Of a DNA stretch of 64,000 nucleotides, positions 44,970 to 61,949 are shown piece by piece; the first letter of the stretch is position 1; each line of letters begins with the position of its first letter. The position numbers were made by a program, and so were the translations under genes. The notes under the pieces are model-generated. The model had not been told where the DNA came from, made no database searches, and saw only the letters and a program-made list of their open reading frames with translations. Origin of the DNA: Eledone cirrhosa (lineage: Eukaryota); NCBI GenBank assembly GCA_964016885.1, contig OZ024753.1, forward strand, positions 6,634,001 to 6,698,000. Direction: 5' to 3'.

Positions 44970-45593
44970 ATGATATTTGTGTGTGTGTGTATGTCATATA
45001 CTTAAGAATTCAATATTGCTTCATGATTCAAGTGACAATAGTTCCATAAAATCACGCAACATGCATCTCAATATCACTACACCAAATGTTTTGTTAACTA
45101 TTGAAATGATTCTTTAAATCATATATTCTTGGGTTAACGCATGTGTGGGTGTATTTAAGCTTTTATTTATATATATATGTTTGCATGTATGTGTGTATTT
45201 TCGTGTGTTATAAACAATGAAATCTGTGTATAGAGAACAAATAAACATACACAAATAAACACGTATTCAAACAAGTACATATACGTAAATAAATATCTAA
45301 ATACCTATACATATATAAATAAGCATACACAATCACACATTCAAGCTATTTCATTCAAGCTACTATCCCTTTTACAGTAACATACAAATAAACAAAGACG
45401 CGTATTTTCAAGAAACAGTTATTTTAATATTGTTAGGTTTGGGGAGGGTCATATTGTTATAATATTACCAGAAATATATAATAAAACATACTCACTGTCC
45501 CCCCCCCCTCCCGTTGTATTACAACGAGAGAAAACATAATAGTACCACTGATGATGTAACAGGTGGGTGATGAAAGAACTTTGATAGCCTGTG

Positions 45594-45630
<37 letters not shown>

Positions 45631-45900
45631 ATAAATGGTCATGGGCGCGCTACGGATAGATTTTCTGTTTTAAGCGCCAAGGCATCTAAGATCCGTAGTA
45701 AACAGCTGACGAAGAGAAACATTTCTTCTCTTGTTTACGTCCCGATTACCTTCTAACACTGCGTTTTCAGTAACCATACAACCCCGCTTATTTACCTGTA
45801 TATATATATATATATATACATTTTTTTTTCATCTGTTGTTCATCAATGATAAACTATAGGGATATAAAATATATCCAAATCAAACAGTGAGTGTGTTTTA

Positions 45901-46280
45901 TTATATATCTAGGGGCGGGTAAAATTCCCGAGATCGATGGACGAGTTCTCTCCAGCGGTCTCTGTCCCTCATTATCGCTGCCACGTCCCGCGTCTCCAAC
46001 AGTCTAGTGTCTGTCCTTAGGGCATCAACATGCGTTAACCTTGGTCTTCCTCTTCCAGTGTGTCCATGTAGGTCCTCCCACAGGATCACTGAGTGCAATG
46101 TCAACTCTGGATGTCGGTTAGTATGTCCAGCTAACCCCAGTCTCCCCTGTGTCACTTTTGCGCTGACTTTTGGGAGGCTCCCATACAGCTCTGAGTTTTT
46201 CATCCTCAGTGTATACTAATTAATGTTCAGAGCCATCCTCAGCATTCTCGTGTAGCACCCATCCACCATCTGAGTGAGTT
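45901..46280 (-). mobile_element. RTE-clade LINE 3' end
   Basis: RMLRMAL...RLGLAGHTNRH...GRGRPRLTHVDALRTD...MRDRDRWRELV is a typical RTE ORF C-terminus. Confidence 0.8.
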
Positions 46281-47021
46281 ATTATATATTTCTCGCAATA
46301 TTATAACAGTATGCCCCACCCAAATATAACAATATTTATTTCAACACACGATTTCATATAAAAAACCTTGCAAAATAATTTGGTGTAACGATAACTTCTT
46401 TATAACGAGATCGGCCTTACACATCGAGTGTGTGGCATGGGATTGAAAAAAGCGTTCGTTATACTGAAACATTCTTCATAATGGTAGTTGTTAAAACAGA
46501 ACTCTACCTGTATACATATATACATACATGTATATATATATCCGTATAAATATAGATATATACGTGCATATATACATATATGTATATATAGATATGTACG
46601 TACATATGTATGTATATGTAAATATAGATATATAGGTACATATATATACATAAGTATATATAAAAATATACATACATATAAACACATAAGTATATTTAAA
46701 GATATACATACATATATACACATAAGTATATTTAAAGATATACATGCATACAAGTATATATAAAATATACATACATACATACACATAACTATATATAAAG
46801 TTATATATACATACACATAAGTATATATAAAGATATACATACATACATATAAGTATATATAAAGATATACATACACATAAGTATATATAAAGATATACAT
46901 ACATACACATGAGTATATATAAAGATATACATACACATAAGTATATATAAAGATATACATACATACACATAAGTATATATAAAGATATACATACATACTA
47001 CACAAAAGTATATATAAAGAT

Positions 47022-47064
<43 letters not shown>

Positions 47065-47067
<3 letters not shown>

Positions 47068-47242
47068 GAAAGGCTTCTACAGGACTAGAACTGTTTCATT
47101 CGGGAGAAATCATTAGGGCTTCCTGATGATTTCTCCCGAATGAAACAGTTCTAGACCTGTAGAAGAATTTCTATATTTAAACACTGCTTTGTATTGAGTA
47201 CCTTACTTACTCTGGTTACCTCCGATTGAGCCCGGGATAAAC
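47065..47242 (+). mobile_element. Palindromic element, family A, with HHR at 47119-47165
   Basis: CTTC-CTGATGA-TTTC(TCCC)GAAT-GAAAC-AG..CT-GTA-GAAG; the inverted arm has a CTAATGA variant; tail GTATTGAGTACCTTAC...; (TA)n flanks. Confidence 0.8.
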
Positions 47243-47878
47243 TATATATATAAATATAAAATATTAAAAAAATAATGAATAAAACAATGAAACAGTTCCT
47301 TATATTAAACAAAAAAAGTTCATTATTTAACGATCGTTTCTAGGATATATATGTGTTAGAATTGGCATGCATATTCAACAGATCTATGTACAAAATTATA
47401 CAAAATTATACAAACTATCAAAATTAAATATACATACCAACACATATATATGCCGTCTTCAGAAATGTTTTATTCATTATTTTATCTTGACTCTGTATTC
47501 CGTTTATCTTTCACCGAAAGTGATTTCTTTCCATTGAGTTCTTCATACGGATTGGACACTACCGTAAACTCTTGGTAGATTTATCTACATATATAAATAT
47601 ATATATAGTAATAATAATAAATTTGCATACTAAAATCCAAAGAGGGCTCAATAAGGATAATTATATATCAAATATATAAGAACCCTAGAGCAAATATTTA
47701 TTAACACAAGTATCTGTAGATATATATTTGTGGGTATATATATATTTATGTGTTTATATATGTGTGTTTATATATGTGTGTATATATATGTGTATATATA
47801 TATACATGTGTCGGTATATACATATGTGTGTATGAAAGCAGCGATTCTTTGCTTAAACTTTAATCTGTTATTTTAATA

Positions 47879-47921
<43 letters not shown>

Positions 47922-48902
47922 TACATACACGTGCATGATTATTTCCATACACATCTATCCATATATATTTATATATACATTTATAATGTCACATTCACAC
48001 ACAGTTATTTAGTCATTGTAAATGTGACTGAAATATCATTTCTGTTTTAAACGTTTACTGTTTGTATTTATGTTAATTCTAGTTAGATTTTCATTATCTC
48101 AAATATGATCATCAAAAGCTCATTCATAAACAATGCTAGTATATACCCACACATACATCTCTTTCTCTCTGTGTATGTATATATATATATATATATATAC
48201 ACATATATACATACATACACACACATATATACATATATATACATACACACACATATATATATATATATACATACACACACATATATATATATACATACAT
48301 ACACACACATATATATATATATATACATACATACACACACATATATAGACATACACACACATATATATACATACACACACATACATATATACATACACAT
48401 ACATATATATATATATACATACACATACATATATATATATACATACACATACATATATATATATACATACACATACATATATATATATACATACACATAC
48501 ATATATATATATACATACACATACATATATATATATACATACACATACATATATATATATACATACACATACATATATATATATACATACACATACATAT
48601 ATATATATACATACACATATATATATATATATACATACACATATATATATATATACATACACATATATATATACATACACATACATATATATATATACAT
48701 ACACATACATATATATATATACATACACATATATATATACATACACATATATATATACATACACATATATATATACATACACATATATATATACATACAC
48801 ATATATATATATACATACACATATATATATACATACACATACACATATATATATACATACACATATATATATACATATATATATATATATACATATATAT
48901 AT

Positions 48903-51900
48903 AATTAAGTTAAAGATGTACATCCATATATGTATACTGAAATACTAGTATGTATATGAATACACACACGTATACATATGTAGGTGTACCAAGTTTTTTC
49001 ACTGGTCACTTTACTGTGAGTGGCCAGCTATTCTGTATGTAAACACACAGACAAACCGGTTTTTAGAGTCATACTGGTTTTTGAGGAAACACCTCTCCTC
49101 TATTCTCCAGAAAGCCAGACAAGGAATATTGAACTAGTTTCGTTGTTGTTACAACTCATCAGCAATATTTACCTATCTTCCGGCCTCTCTAGAGAATCGT
49201 AAAAGCACATATCGTTATATGCTTTTTCTATGAAAATTAGTAGTGGGCAGACTAATTTGCATAGAGTGTGAGTAAGTACCGGTTCAACGGAGACGATAAA
49301 AACAAATAACGAAACGAAATTAAATTTCGTTTCGTTTGTAACTCACTTTTGTATGACTGACGCTTAAACAATTAAGTTAAAGATGTACATCCATATATGT
49401 ATACTGAAATACTAGTATGTATATGAATACACACACGTATACATATGTAGGTGTACCAAGTTTTTTCACTGGTCACTTTACTGTGAGTGGCCAGCTATTC
49501 TGTATGTAAACACACAGACAAACCGGTTTTTAGAGTCATACTGGTTTTTGAGGAAACACCTCTCCTCTATTCTCCAGAAAGCCAGACAAGGAATATTGAA
49601 CTAGTTTCGTTGTTGTTACAACTCATCAGCAATATTTACCTATCTTCCGGCCTCTCTAGAGAATCGTAAAAGCACATATCGTTATATGCTTTTTCTATGA
49701 AAATTAGTAGTGGGCAGACTAATTTGCATAGAGTGTGAGTAAGTACCGGTTCAACGGAGACGATAAAAACAAATAACGAAACGAAATTAAATTTCGTTTC
49801 GTTTGTAACTCACTTTTGTATGACTGACGCTTAAACAATTAAGTTAAAGATGTACATCCATATATGTATACTGAAATACTAGTATGTATATGAATACACA
49901 CACGTATACATATGTAGGTGAACCAAGTTTTTTCACTGGTCACTTTACTGTGAGTGGCCAGCTATTCTGTATGTAAACACACAGACAAACCGGTTTTTAG
50001 AGTCATACTGGTTTTTGAGGAAACACCTCTCCTCTATTCTCCAGAAAGCCAGACAAGGAATATTGAACTAGTTTCGTTGTTGTTACAACTCATCAGCAAT
50101 ATTTACCTATCTTCCGGCCTCTCTAGAGAATCGTAAAAGCACATATCGTTATATGCTTTTTCTATGAAAATTAGTAGTGGGCAGACTAATTTGCATAGAG
50201 TGTGAGTAAGTACCGGTTCAACGGAGACGATAAAAACAAATAACGAAACGAAATTAAATTTCGTTTCGTTTGTAACTCACTTTTGTATGACTGACGCTTA
50301 AACAATTAAGTTAAAGATGTACATCCATATATGTATACTGAAATACTAGTATGTATATGAATACACACACGTATACATATGTAGGTGTACCAAGTTTTTT
50401 CACTGGTCACTTTACTGTGAGTGGCCAGCTATTCTGTATGTAAACACACAGACAAACCGGTTTTTAGAGTCATACTGGTTTTTGAGGAAACACCTCTCCT
50501 CTATTCTCCAGAAAGCCAGACAAGGAATATTGAACTAGTTTCGTTGTTGTTACAACTCATCAGCAATGTTTACCTATCTTCCGGCCTCTCTAGAGAATCG
50601 TAAAAGCACATATCGTTATATGCTTTTTCTATGAAAATTAGTAGTGGGCAGACTAATTTGCATAGAGTGTGAGTAAGTACCGGTTCAACGGAGACGATAA
50701 AAACAAATAACGAAACGAAATTAAATTTCGTTTCGTTTGTAACTCACTTTTGTATGACTGACGCTTAAACAATTAAGTTAAAGATGTACATCCATATATG
50801 TATACTGAAATACTAGTATGTATATGAATACACACACGTATACATATGTAGGTGTACCAAGTTTTTTCACTGGTCACTTTACTGTGAGTGGCCAGCTATT
50901 CTGTATGTAAACACACAGACAAACCGGTTTTTAGAGTCATACTGGTTTTTGAGGAAACACCTCTCCTCTATTCTCCAGAAAGCCAGACAAGGAATATTGA
51001 ACTAGTTTCGTTGTTGTTACAACTCATCAGCAATATTTACCTATCTTCCGGCCTCTCTAGAGAATCGTAAAAGCACATATCGTTATATGCTTTTTCTATG
51101 AAAATTAGTAGTGGGCAGACTAATTTGCATAGAGTGTGAGTAAGTACCGGTTCAACGGAGACGATAAAAACAAATAACGAAACGAAATTAAATTTCGTTT
51201 CGTTTGTAACTCACTTTTGTATGACTGACGCTTAAACAATTAAGTTAAAGATGTACATCCATATATGTATACTGAAATACTAGTATGTATATGAATACAC
51301 ACACGTATACATATGTAGGTGTACCAAGTTTTTTCACTGGTCACTTTACTGTGAGTGGCCAGCTATTCTGTATGTAAACACACAGACAAACCGGTGCTTT
51401 TACGATTCTCTAGAGAGGCCGGAAGATAGGTAAATATTGCTGATGAGTTGTAACAACAACGAAACTAGTTCAATATTCCTTGTCTGGCTTTCTGGAGAAT
51501 AGAGGAGAGGTGTTTCCTCAAAAACCAGTATGACTCTAAAAACCGGTTTGTCTGTGTGTTTACATACAGAATAGCTGGCCACTCACAGTAAAGTGACCAG
51601 TGAAAAAACTTGGTACACCTACATATGTATACGTGTGTGTATTCATATACATACTAGTATTTCAGTATACATATATGGATGTACATCTTTAACTTAATTG
51701 TTTAAGCGTCAGTCATACAAAAGTGAGTTACAAACGAAACGAAATTTAATTTCGTTTCGTTATTTGTTTTTATCGTCTCCGTTGAACCGGTACTTACTCA
51801 CACTCTATGCAAATTAGTCTGCCCACTACTAATTTTCATAGAAAAAGCATATAACGATATGTGCTTTTACGATTCTCTAGAGAGGCCGGAAGATAGGTAA

Positions 51901-52237
51901 ATATTGCTGATGAGTTGTAACAACAACGAAACTAGTTCAATATTCCTTGTCTGGCTTTCTGGAGAATAGAGGAGAGGTGTTTCCTCAAAAACCAGTATGA
52001 CTCTAAAAACCGGTTTGTCTGTGTGTTTACATACAGAATAGCTGGCCACTCACAGTAAAGTGACCAGTGAAAAAACTTGGTACACCTACATATGTATACG
52101 TGTGTGTATTCATATACATACTAGTATTTCAGTATACATATATGGATGTACATCTTTAACTTAATTGTTTAAGCGTCAGTCATACAAAAGTGAGTTACAA
52201 ACGAAACGAAATTTAATTTCGTTTCGTTATTTGTTTT
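48903..52237 (-). mobile_element. 467-bp HHR tandem array 2: ~5.3 units (HHR on minus) then ~1.8 inverted units (HHR on plus)
   Basis: HHRs at 49126, 49593, 50060, 50527, 50994 (minus) and 51434, 51901 (plus). Inversion at 51394-51395 with GT microhomology; TA/CA-microsatellite flanks. Confidence 0.85.
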
Positions 52238-52257
52238 CATATATATATACATATACA

Positions 52258-52291
<34 letters not shown>

Positions 52292-52371
52292 CATACACAC
52301 ATATATATACATACACATACATATATATATATACATACACATATATATATACATATATATATACATATACA

Positions 52372-52405
<34 letters not shown>

Positions 52406-52972
52406 CATACACACATATATATCTATATATATATACATATATATATATATACATATACATATATATATACATACACACATATATATATATACATACACAC
52501 ATATATATATACATACACATATATATATATATACATACACATATATATATATATACATACACATATATATATACATACACACATATATATATATACATAC
52601 ACATATATATATATATACATACACTTATATATATATACATACACATATATATATATATACATACACTTATATATATATACATACACATATATATATATAC
52701 ATACACATATATATATATACATACACATATATATATACATACACACATATATATATATACATACACATATATGTATATATACATACACATATATGTATAT
52801 ATACATACACATATATGTATATATACATACACACATATATATATATACATACACACATATATATATATACATACACATATATATATATATATACACACAT
52901 ATATATATATATACATATATATATACACATATATATATATATACATATATATATACACATATATATATACAC

Positions 52973-53047
<75 letters not shown>

Positions 53048-53062
53048 CATATATATATACAC

Positions 53063-53097
<35 letters not shown>

Positions 53098-53114
53098 CAT
53101 ATATATATACACAC

Positions 53115-53207
<93 letters not shown>

Positions 53208-53210
53208 CAC

Positions 53211-53243
<33 letters not shown>

Positions 53244-53246
53244 CAC

Positions 53247-53279
<33 letters not shown>

Positions 53280-53335
53280 CATATATATACATATATATAT
53301 ATATATATATCATATATATATACATATATACATAT

Positions 53336-53375
<40 letters not shown>

Positions 53376-53394
53376 CATATATATACATATATAC

Positions 53395-53427
<33 letters not shown>

Positions 53428-53450
53428 CATATATATACATATATATATAC

Positions 53451-53481
<31 letters not shown>

Positions 53482-53492
53482 CATATATATAC

Positions 53493-53525
<33 letters not shown>

Positions 53526-53558
53526 CATATATATATATACACATATATATATATACAC

Positions 53559-53623
<65 letters not shown>

Positions 53624-53668
53624 CATATATATATATACATATATATATATATACATATATATATATAC

Positions 53669-53723
<55 letters not shown>

Positions 53724-53872
53724 TATATATACACATATATATATATACATATATATATATACATATATATATATACATATATATATATACATATATATAT
53801 ATACATATATATATACATATATATATATACATATATATATATACATATATATATATACATATATATATATAC

Positions 53873-53919
<47 letters not shown>

Positions 53920-54535
53920 CACACACATATATACATACACACATATATATATATACATCCATATATATATATATACACACACACTCATATACATATATAT
54001 ACACACACACACTCATATACATATATATACACACACACACTCATATACATACACATATATGTACACACACATACACATGTATATATAAATACACACACAC
54101 ATGTACATGTATATATATATATATATACACACACACACATACACAAATATACACACACGCACATGTATACACACAAATATGCACACACATGTACATATAT
54201 CTATTCACACACATACATATACACAAATATACACACATCTACATATATTATACACACACATACATATATTATACACACACGTACATACATACATATGTAT
54301 ATATACATACACATCAATATATATATACATATATTTGTAAGTATATATACAAATTTAATATAAACCTGAAGTAGATAAATGTAAATTATTCATGACAACA
54401 AAAAATTTGACGGAATATTTTCCATATAAATAATAGAATTTGAATAGAAAACTAAATAATTCTAAGAAATTCTGCGCATGATATTCCTAAGAACTTTTTC
54501 TCTCTCATGTATTAGTCTTCATTTTATATCAATAC

Positions 54536-54668
54536 CACCACAACAAGCAACACCATCAAAGAAATTTAACTTCCGGTTCCGGTCTTTTGACTTGACTATT
54601 TTCAAAGATCTTTTTTCTCCCTCGTATCCATTAAATACTTGCTTAACTTTGCTCAATGCTGTCAATAA
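54536..54668 (-). CDS. Candidate internal coding exon (133 nt) of an unidentified gene
   Basis: TTTTTTAATCAG acceptor, GTATTG donor, one open frame LLTALSKVKQVFNGYEGEKRSLKIVKSKDRNRKLNFFDGVACCG; no homology recognised. Confidence 0.3.
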
Positions 54669-54771
54669 CTGATTAAAAAAGATGATCGTATAAAAATACA
54701 TATATATTTCAATTTGAAACAAAGATGCTTTGCTCCAGCGTAGAACAACGAATGTATACACACATATATGA

Positions 54772-54804
<33 letters not shown>

Positions 54805-54910
54805 GTGTGTGTGTGTGTGTGTGTGTGTGCGTACATACATGCATATAAAATATAATTAGAATTGTATTTCTCGCTCTAACACAGCAGACACATAAATGTA
54901 AGTATTCATA

Positions 54911-54965
<55 letters not shown>

Positions 54966-55081
54966 TACATTTGCTGAGTTAATATATCTTGGCGATTTAA
55001 TTTCTATTGCATTCTTTGGTTTTCGAAATTATTTAAATTTATGTTTCCTATTCAACAATGCTTCAAGAAATCTACAAAACA

Positions 55082-55133
<52 letters not shown>

Positions 55134-55290
55134 GGTAAACATTGATGCAATTCAATTCAAGCACTCAACGTACTTTTCTACATAGGAGTTCCCTGGGGAA
55201 CGGATGAAGGACCCAAAAGCACACACTTCATCCGTTCCCATGTCGATTCAATTTGGATTGGCTCGGAAACATAACCTTATTATGTAACAA

Positions 55291-55368
55291 GCTGTCTGAT
55301 GATGTCACGACACTCGCACACAGAACAGTGTGGCCAGTGTCGTCATTGAAATATATATCTATCACAGC
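55291..55368 (+). ncRNA. Type I hammerhead ribozyme with extended stem II
   Basis: GCTGT-CTGATGA-..ACGACACT..CACAC/GTGTG..AGTGTCGT..-GAAAT-ATATATCT-ATC-ACAGC. Confidence 0.75.
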
Positions 55369-55473
55369 ATTATTATTAAAGGACTTGAACATCTGAAACT
55401 ACTTCGCTTTTCCTTATTCTCTCTCTCTATATATATATTTGAAAATTGCAAACTTGACTGTCACCACAAATTA

Positions 55474-55512
55474 TGAACCTGAAGATTGCGAAAGCATGAA
55501 AGTACTTGTTCA
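55474..55512 (+). ncRNA. Minimal type I hammerhead ribozyme of family E element (55440-55680)
   Basis: TGAAC-CTGAAGA-TTGC(GAAA)GCAT-GAAAG-TA-CTT-GTTCA; palindromic AAGTACTT; predicted cut after 55507. Confidence 0.75.
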
Positions 55513-55678
55513 ATTAACACTTAACATTTAATATTCTATCATACTATTTCACTATAATACCATTATAAATGTTAAAGGATTGTAAATAAAACGAGTAAAT
55601 CAAACAAAGTTGGAATTCCTCTTATTAATATAATCTTCTATACACAATCATACACACCCGTGTATATTTATCTATCTA

Positions 55679-56240
<562 letters not shown>

Positions 56241-57085
56241 CCACTCTCATGCGTAAACCTAATATTAACACTTTGTATTGCCTTTTGCTTTGTTTTTTGT
56301 TTGTTTTCTGTTTTAACTATAATATATATATATATATATGTATTAAGATGGAATGCTTTTCTCAATCACCATCATCCATAGCAATGTCCCTGTTCGCCAG
56401 GAATATGAGCGGTTATTTATATTAATAGGTTAATGGCAAATGTTTCAATACCCTTTCTATTATATTCCGAACTATCCTAAGCTAGTGTATAATTATTAAA
56501 ATGCAGTTCTTGAACAGTTGTCAATGATTTCATGATTTAAAAGTTTATCCTTCCACATCGAGGAAAGAGAACAATTTATATATGTTTATCATTTTTCTTG
56601 GATATTTAAAAAAAATACTAACGCAGGAGACGCCATGTTGTATACAAAAAATATAAACATCTCATTCCGAATAAAAACATGCTAGCTCTACTCAATTGCT
56701 TAATTTTGATAAACAAGTAAGAGCAAATATCCTTCAACTAATCATAAAAGATTAGCAAGGATTAGACATAAACATATTGAAGCAAGGTATCAACAATAGA
56801 AGACAATAACACTTAAAAGATTTAATACAAATGGTAGACATCTAAATGGTAGACATGGAAATTTCATCACCATTGCTTCCACACCTATGGTTTGGCAGGG
56901 ACTGAGAATATGAATAATGATCAAAGAATTAAATCATATATACATATACATATAGGTGAGTATCTGCATATGGGTTAGTGCGGGGCTGTTTATATTTGGA
57001 GAGGGCTGGGGTTCGCCGATCTCATGTAATAATAATAACAACAATATTATATACATATATATATTTTATACACCCACACACATAC

Positions 57086-57126
<41 letters not shown>

Positions 57127-57151
57127 AAAAACGAGGACGTTTCATTTTCAC

Positions 57152-57186
<35 letters not shown>

Positions 57187-57222
57187 TTATGCGTGTGTGT
57201 GTATATATATATATATATATAC

Positions 57223-57413
57223 GTTATTCCGGGTTGAATCGGAGGTAACCACAGTAAGTAAGGTACTCAATACATAGCAGAGTATAACAGTTTTAATATA
57301 GATGAGATTCTACAGGACTATAACTGTTTCATTCATTAGAAATCATCAGGAATCTCCTGATGATTTCTAATGAATGAAACAGTTCTAGTCCTGTAGAATC
57401 TCATCTATATTAA

Positions 57414-57417
<4 letters not shown>
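57223..57417 (-). mobile_element. Palindromic element, family A (second copy), with complete HHR at 57304-57356 (minus)
   Basis: Minus strand GAGATTC-CTGATGA-TTTC(TAAT)GAAT-GAAAC-AG..CT-GTA-GAATCTC with a perfect 7-bp stem I; mirror arm to 57417. Confidence 0.8.
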
Positions 57418-57453
<36 letters not shown>

Positions 57454-58347
57454 GTATATATGTATGTATGTATGTGTGCGTGAGTGTATATATGTGTGTA
57501 TATATATACACGCATACATACATATATATATATATATACGTATATATGTATGTATGTGTGTGTATATATATGTGTATATATATATACACACACACATACA
57601 TATATAGGTATATATATATCTATATATATATATATATATATAGTAAATATCTGTATACGGATATAAGTGTGTATATATATGTATACGAATGTATGTGCAT
57701 ATATATGTATACGAATGTATGTGTATATATTTATGTATACGAATGTATGTGAATATATATATATGGGTGTGTATGTATGTATGTATGTATATATATATAT
57801 ATATATATATGGGTGTGTGTATATATATATGTATATATATATATATATATATATGGGTGTGTGTGTATGCATGTATATAATTATAAATATATATATATAT
57901 ATATAAATGTATATATATAAATATAAATATATATATATGTATATATATAATTCATACATATATATGTAAAGAAATGTGTGTGCGAAAATCATTCTAATTG
58001 CTAAGTGGGTGTTTAGTGAAATAAGACATCTTTCTGTGTCCTATCGTTATTTATTTCTCTTTAATTTGAACTACGATCGGTGAATCTCAACTCAATTTCC
58101 GGTCTGTAAACATTTTCTCCCGCCTAATATTGAAAAAATATTGTTGGTTAAACCGAGATTTTCTTTTCTATATTAATCGGAAGATATTGAAAATTTAAAG
58201 CTACATTCATAATATTTAATACATAAGACCAACTGAAAGAAATGCCGATGCATATCGATGAAAATTATATATATATATATGTGTGTGTGTATGTGTGTGA
58301 GGGAGCTAGTGTGTGAACGCGTGTGTGTGTATATGTATGTAAAGGTA

Positions 58348-58385
<38 letters not shown>

Positions 58386-58576
58386 GAAATAAATATTTGT
58401 ATATTAAAATATATATTCATATATAATATAAATATATATATGTGTGTGTGTGTATGTACATATGTGTGTGTGTATGTATATGTATGTGTGTGTATGTATA
58501 TGTGGGTGTGTGCGTGTATATGTATATATATATATACATATATATATACAGACATATATATATACAGACATATATG

Positions 58577-58608
<32 letters not shown>

Positions 58609-58742
58609 TATATATATATACATATATATACATATACATATATATATATACATATATATACATATACATATATATATACATATATATACATATACATATA
58701 TATATATATACATATACAGATATATATACAGTCAGACATATA

Positions 58743-58776
<34 letters not shown>

Positions 58777-59056
58777 CACACACATATATATAATTGTATA
58801 CATTTTCATGTGTATTTTTCCATGTAATATTTCATATGATCCTTTTCCAACAATTTTGCCAGTGAACTTATATGGTTTTTTCTACATAATACGTTAAAAA
58901 GAAAAATAGACTATATTCATGCATCTTAAAAGATTTTATATTTTAACTTTTTCACTTACATTTTCGTATTTCTTTATTCAAAACGGAATATATTATTGAT
59001 ACAAGCGGAAAAAATCTCTCTATCCCTTTTTCTCACACACACTCCAACACGCACGC

Positions 59057-59093
<37 letters not shown>

Positions 59094-59607
59094 CATTTAT
59101 ATGTATGTACAAGTATATATGTAACACAAACATACATATATACATATGTATCTTTAAATATAAATATATATATATAGGTACATATATATAAAAAAATATA
59201 TGTATGCATATATATATAAATTGATAAGTATATATGTTATATATAAATGTATATATGTTTTATATATATATATACATAAAAATATATATAAATGTATATG
59301 TTATATATATATATATACATTATATATAAATGTATACACGTTATATATATATATACATTGTATATAAATATATATGTTATATATATATATACACTATATA
59401 TAAATGTATATATGTTATATATATATACATTATATATAAATGTATATATGTTATATATATATATATATACATTATATATAAATGTATATATGTTATATAT
59501 ATATATATACATTGTATATAAATGTATATATGTTATATATATATATATATATATACATTGTATATAAATGTATATATGTTATATACATATATATACATGA
59601 TATATAA

Positions 59608-59651
<44 letters not shown>

Positions 59652-60053
59652 GATATATATGTTATATATATACATGATATATAAATGTATATATGTTATA
59701 TATATATATATACATTATATATAAATGTATATATGTTATATATATATATATATGTTATATACATATACATATATATATATATACATTATATATAAATGTA
59801 TATATGTTATATACATATATATATATATATATATACTCATTGTATATAAATATATATATATGTTATATATATATATATATATACACATTCTATATAAATG
59901 TATATATGTTATATACATATATATATATATATATATACTCATTGTATATAAATATATATATATGTTATATATATATATATATATATACACATTCTATATG
60001 AATGAATATATGTTATATATATATATACACATTGTATATAAATGTATATATGT

Positions 60054-60084
<31 letters not shown>

Positions 60085-60618
60085 ACACATTGTATATAAA
60101 TATATAAATGTATATATGTTATATATATATATATATATATACACACACATTATATATAAATGTATATATGTATGTGTGTGTGTGTGTGTATATGTGTATG
60201 CGTGAGAGCAGGGTGGGTGAGGGACCTAGATTGAGTGTTTGCTGAGAAGAATGGAGCAAGAGAGAGGAGTCAGTTAGAATAAGTCTGTATTCTGTATTTA
60301 CATTAATATGGCTACGTTTTATATTTACAGGAAAAAATAGTGTACTTAGGCTTCCAATAATTTTTTCCTGGATAATATTGTAAATAATCATACGATCATA
60401 ATCAGATATATATGTATGCATTACCGCACTCACATATACATAGACATATACCCATATTTACTAGCATATACACCTTATATACATACATATATATATATAC
60501 ATATATATATATGCGTGTGTGTGTAGATACATATGTGTGTGTGTGTGTATACATATATATATATGTGTGTGTGTATAACATATATATGTGTGTATATATG
60601 CATATATATATGTCTGTA

Positions 60619-60657
<39 letters not shown>

Positions 60658-61193
60658 GTATATATACATATGTGTATATATATATATATATACATACATA
60701 TGTATATATACATATGTGTATATATATATATATATACATACATATGTATATATACATATGTGTATATATATATATACATATATGTGTGTATAGATATGCA
60801 TATACATATATATATGTGTTTATATATATATATTCATATATATATATGTGTATATATATATATACATATATACGCGTATATATATATATACATATATACA
60901 TATATACGCGTATATATATATATATACATATATACGCGTATATATATATATATACATATATACGCGTATATATATATATATACATATATACGCGTATATA
61001 TATATATATATATACATATATACGCGTATATATATATATATACATATATACGCGTATATATATATATATACATATATACGCGTATATATATATATATACA
61101 TATATACGCGTATATATATATATATACATATATACGCGTATATATATATATATACATATATACGCGTATATATATATATATACATATATACGC

Positions 61194-61263
<70 letters not shown>

Positions 61264-61949
61264 ATATATATACATATATATATTGAGTTTCATGCTTGTA
61301 CATATGAGCCCTTGTATATAATTCAGGATCTACTAGACTACAATCAATTTTTTCCCTCGACTTCATTTCCCCATCTGAATGAAAACAACTTTGTCAAAAC
61401 AAACATACATCTCATTTTCTTTTTCAATTCAAAATATATTCTAAACCTTGCTCCTTCCTCATAATTTTGTGTCGATATTGTGTGTAAAGATATCTAAAAT
61501 TTAATGGTGTTGCTGAGTTGCAAAATCTGTCCACATACGGATTCAATTTACATTATTTTTTTATACGATTTCTTTATATTTTCTGTTCGTATTTCAAAGT
61601 AAATATTATTTCCCTCCTTTTCATGTTACATACTTAAGTATTTTCTAACGTATTATTGGAGCCAGTTATTATTGGTTAAATGAAATTGATATAGAAACTA
61701 TAAATATATGTGATAATGTGACAGAGAGAACAACACATGCATTCGAAAGCAGACCTGCGTAAAAAGCACCAAGAAGGGCAAAAATCCATAGGGGTGAGGA
61801 CGTGTTTCTATACAGAGACAGCTGGTGGACAATTAGATAGACAGAGTTGATACCAATGCAATGGAGAACATACAGAGGGGAATTAAATCCAGGGGGCATG
61901 ATGATCTGACCCTATACATTGGCCTCACATGGCCTAATATAGCAGTGTA

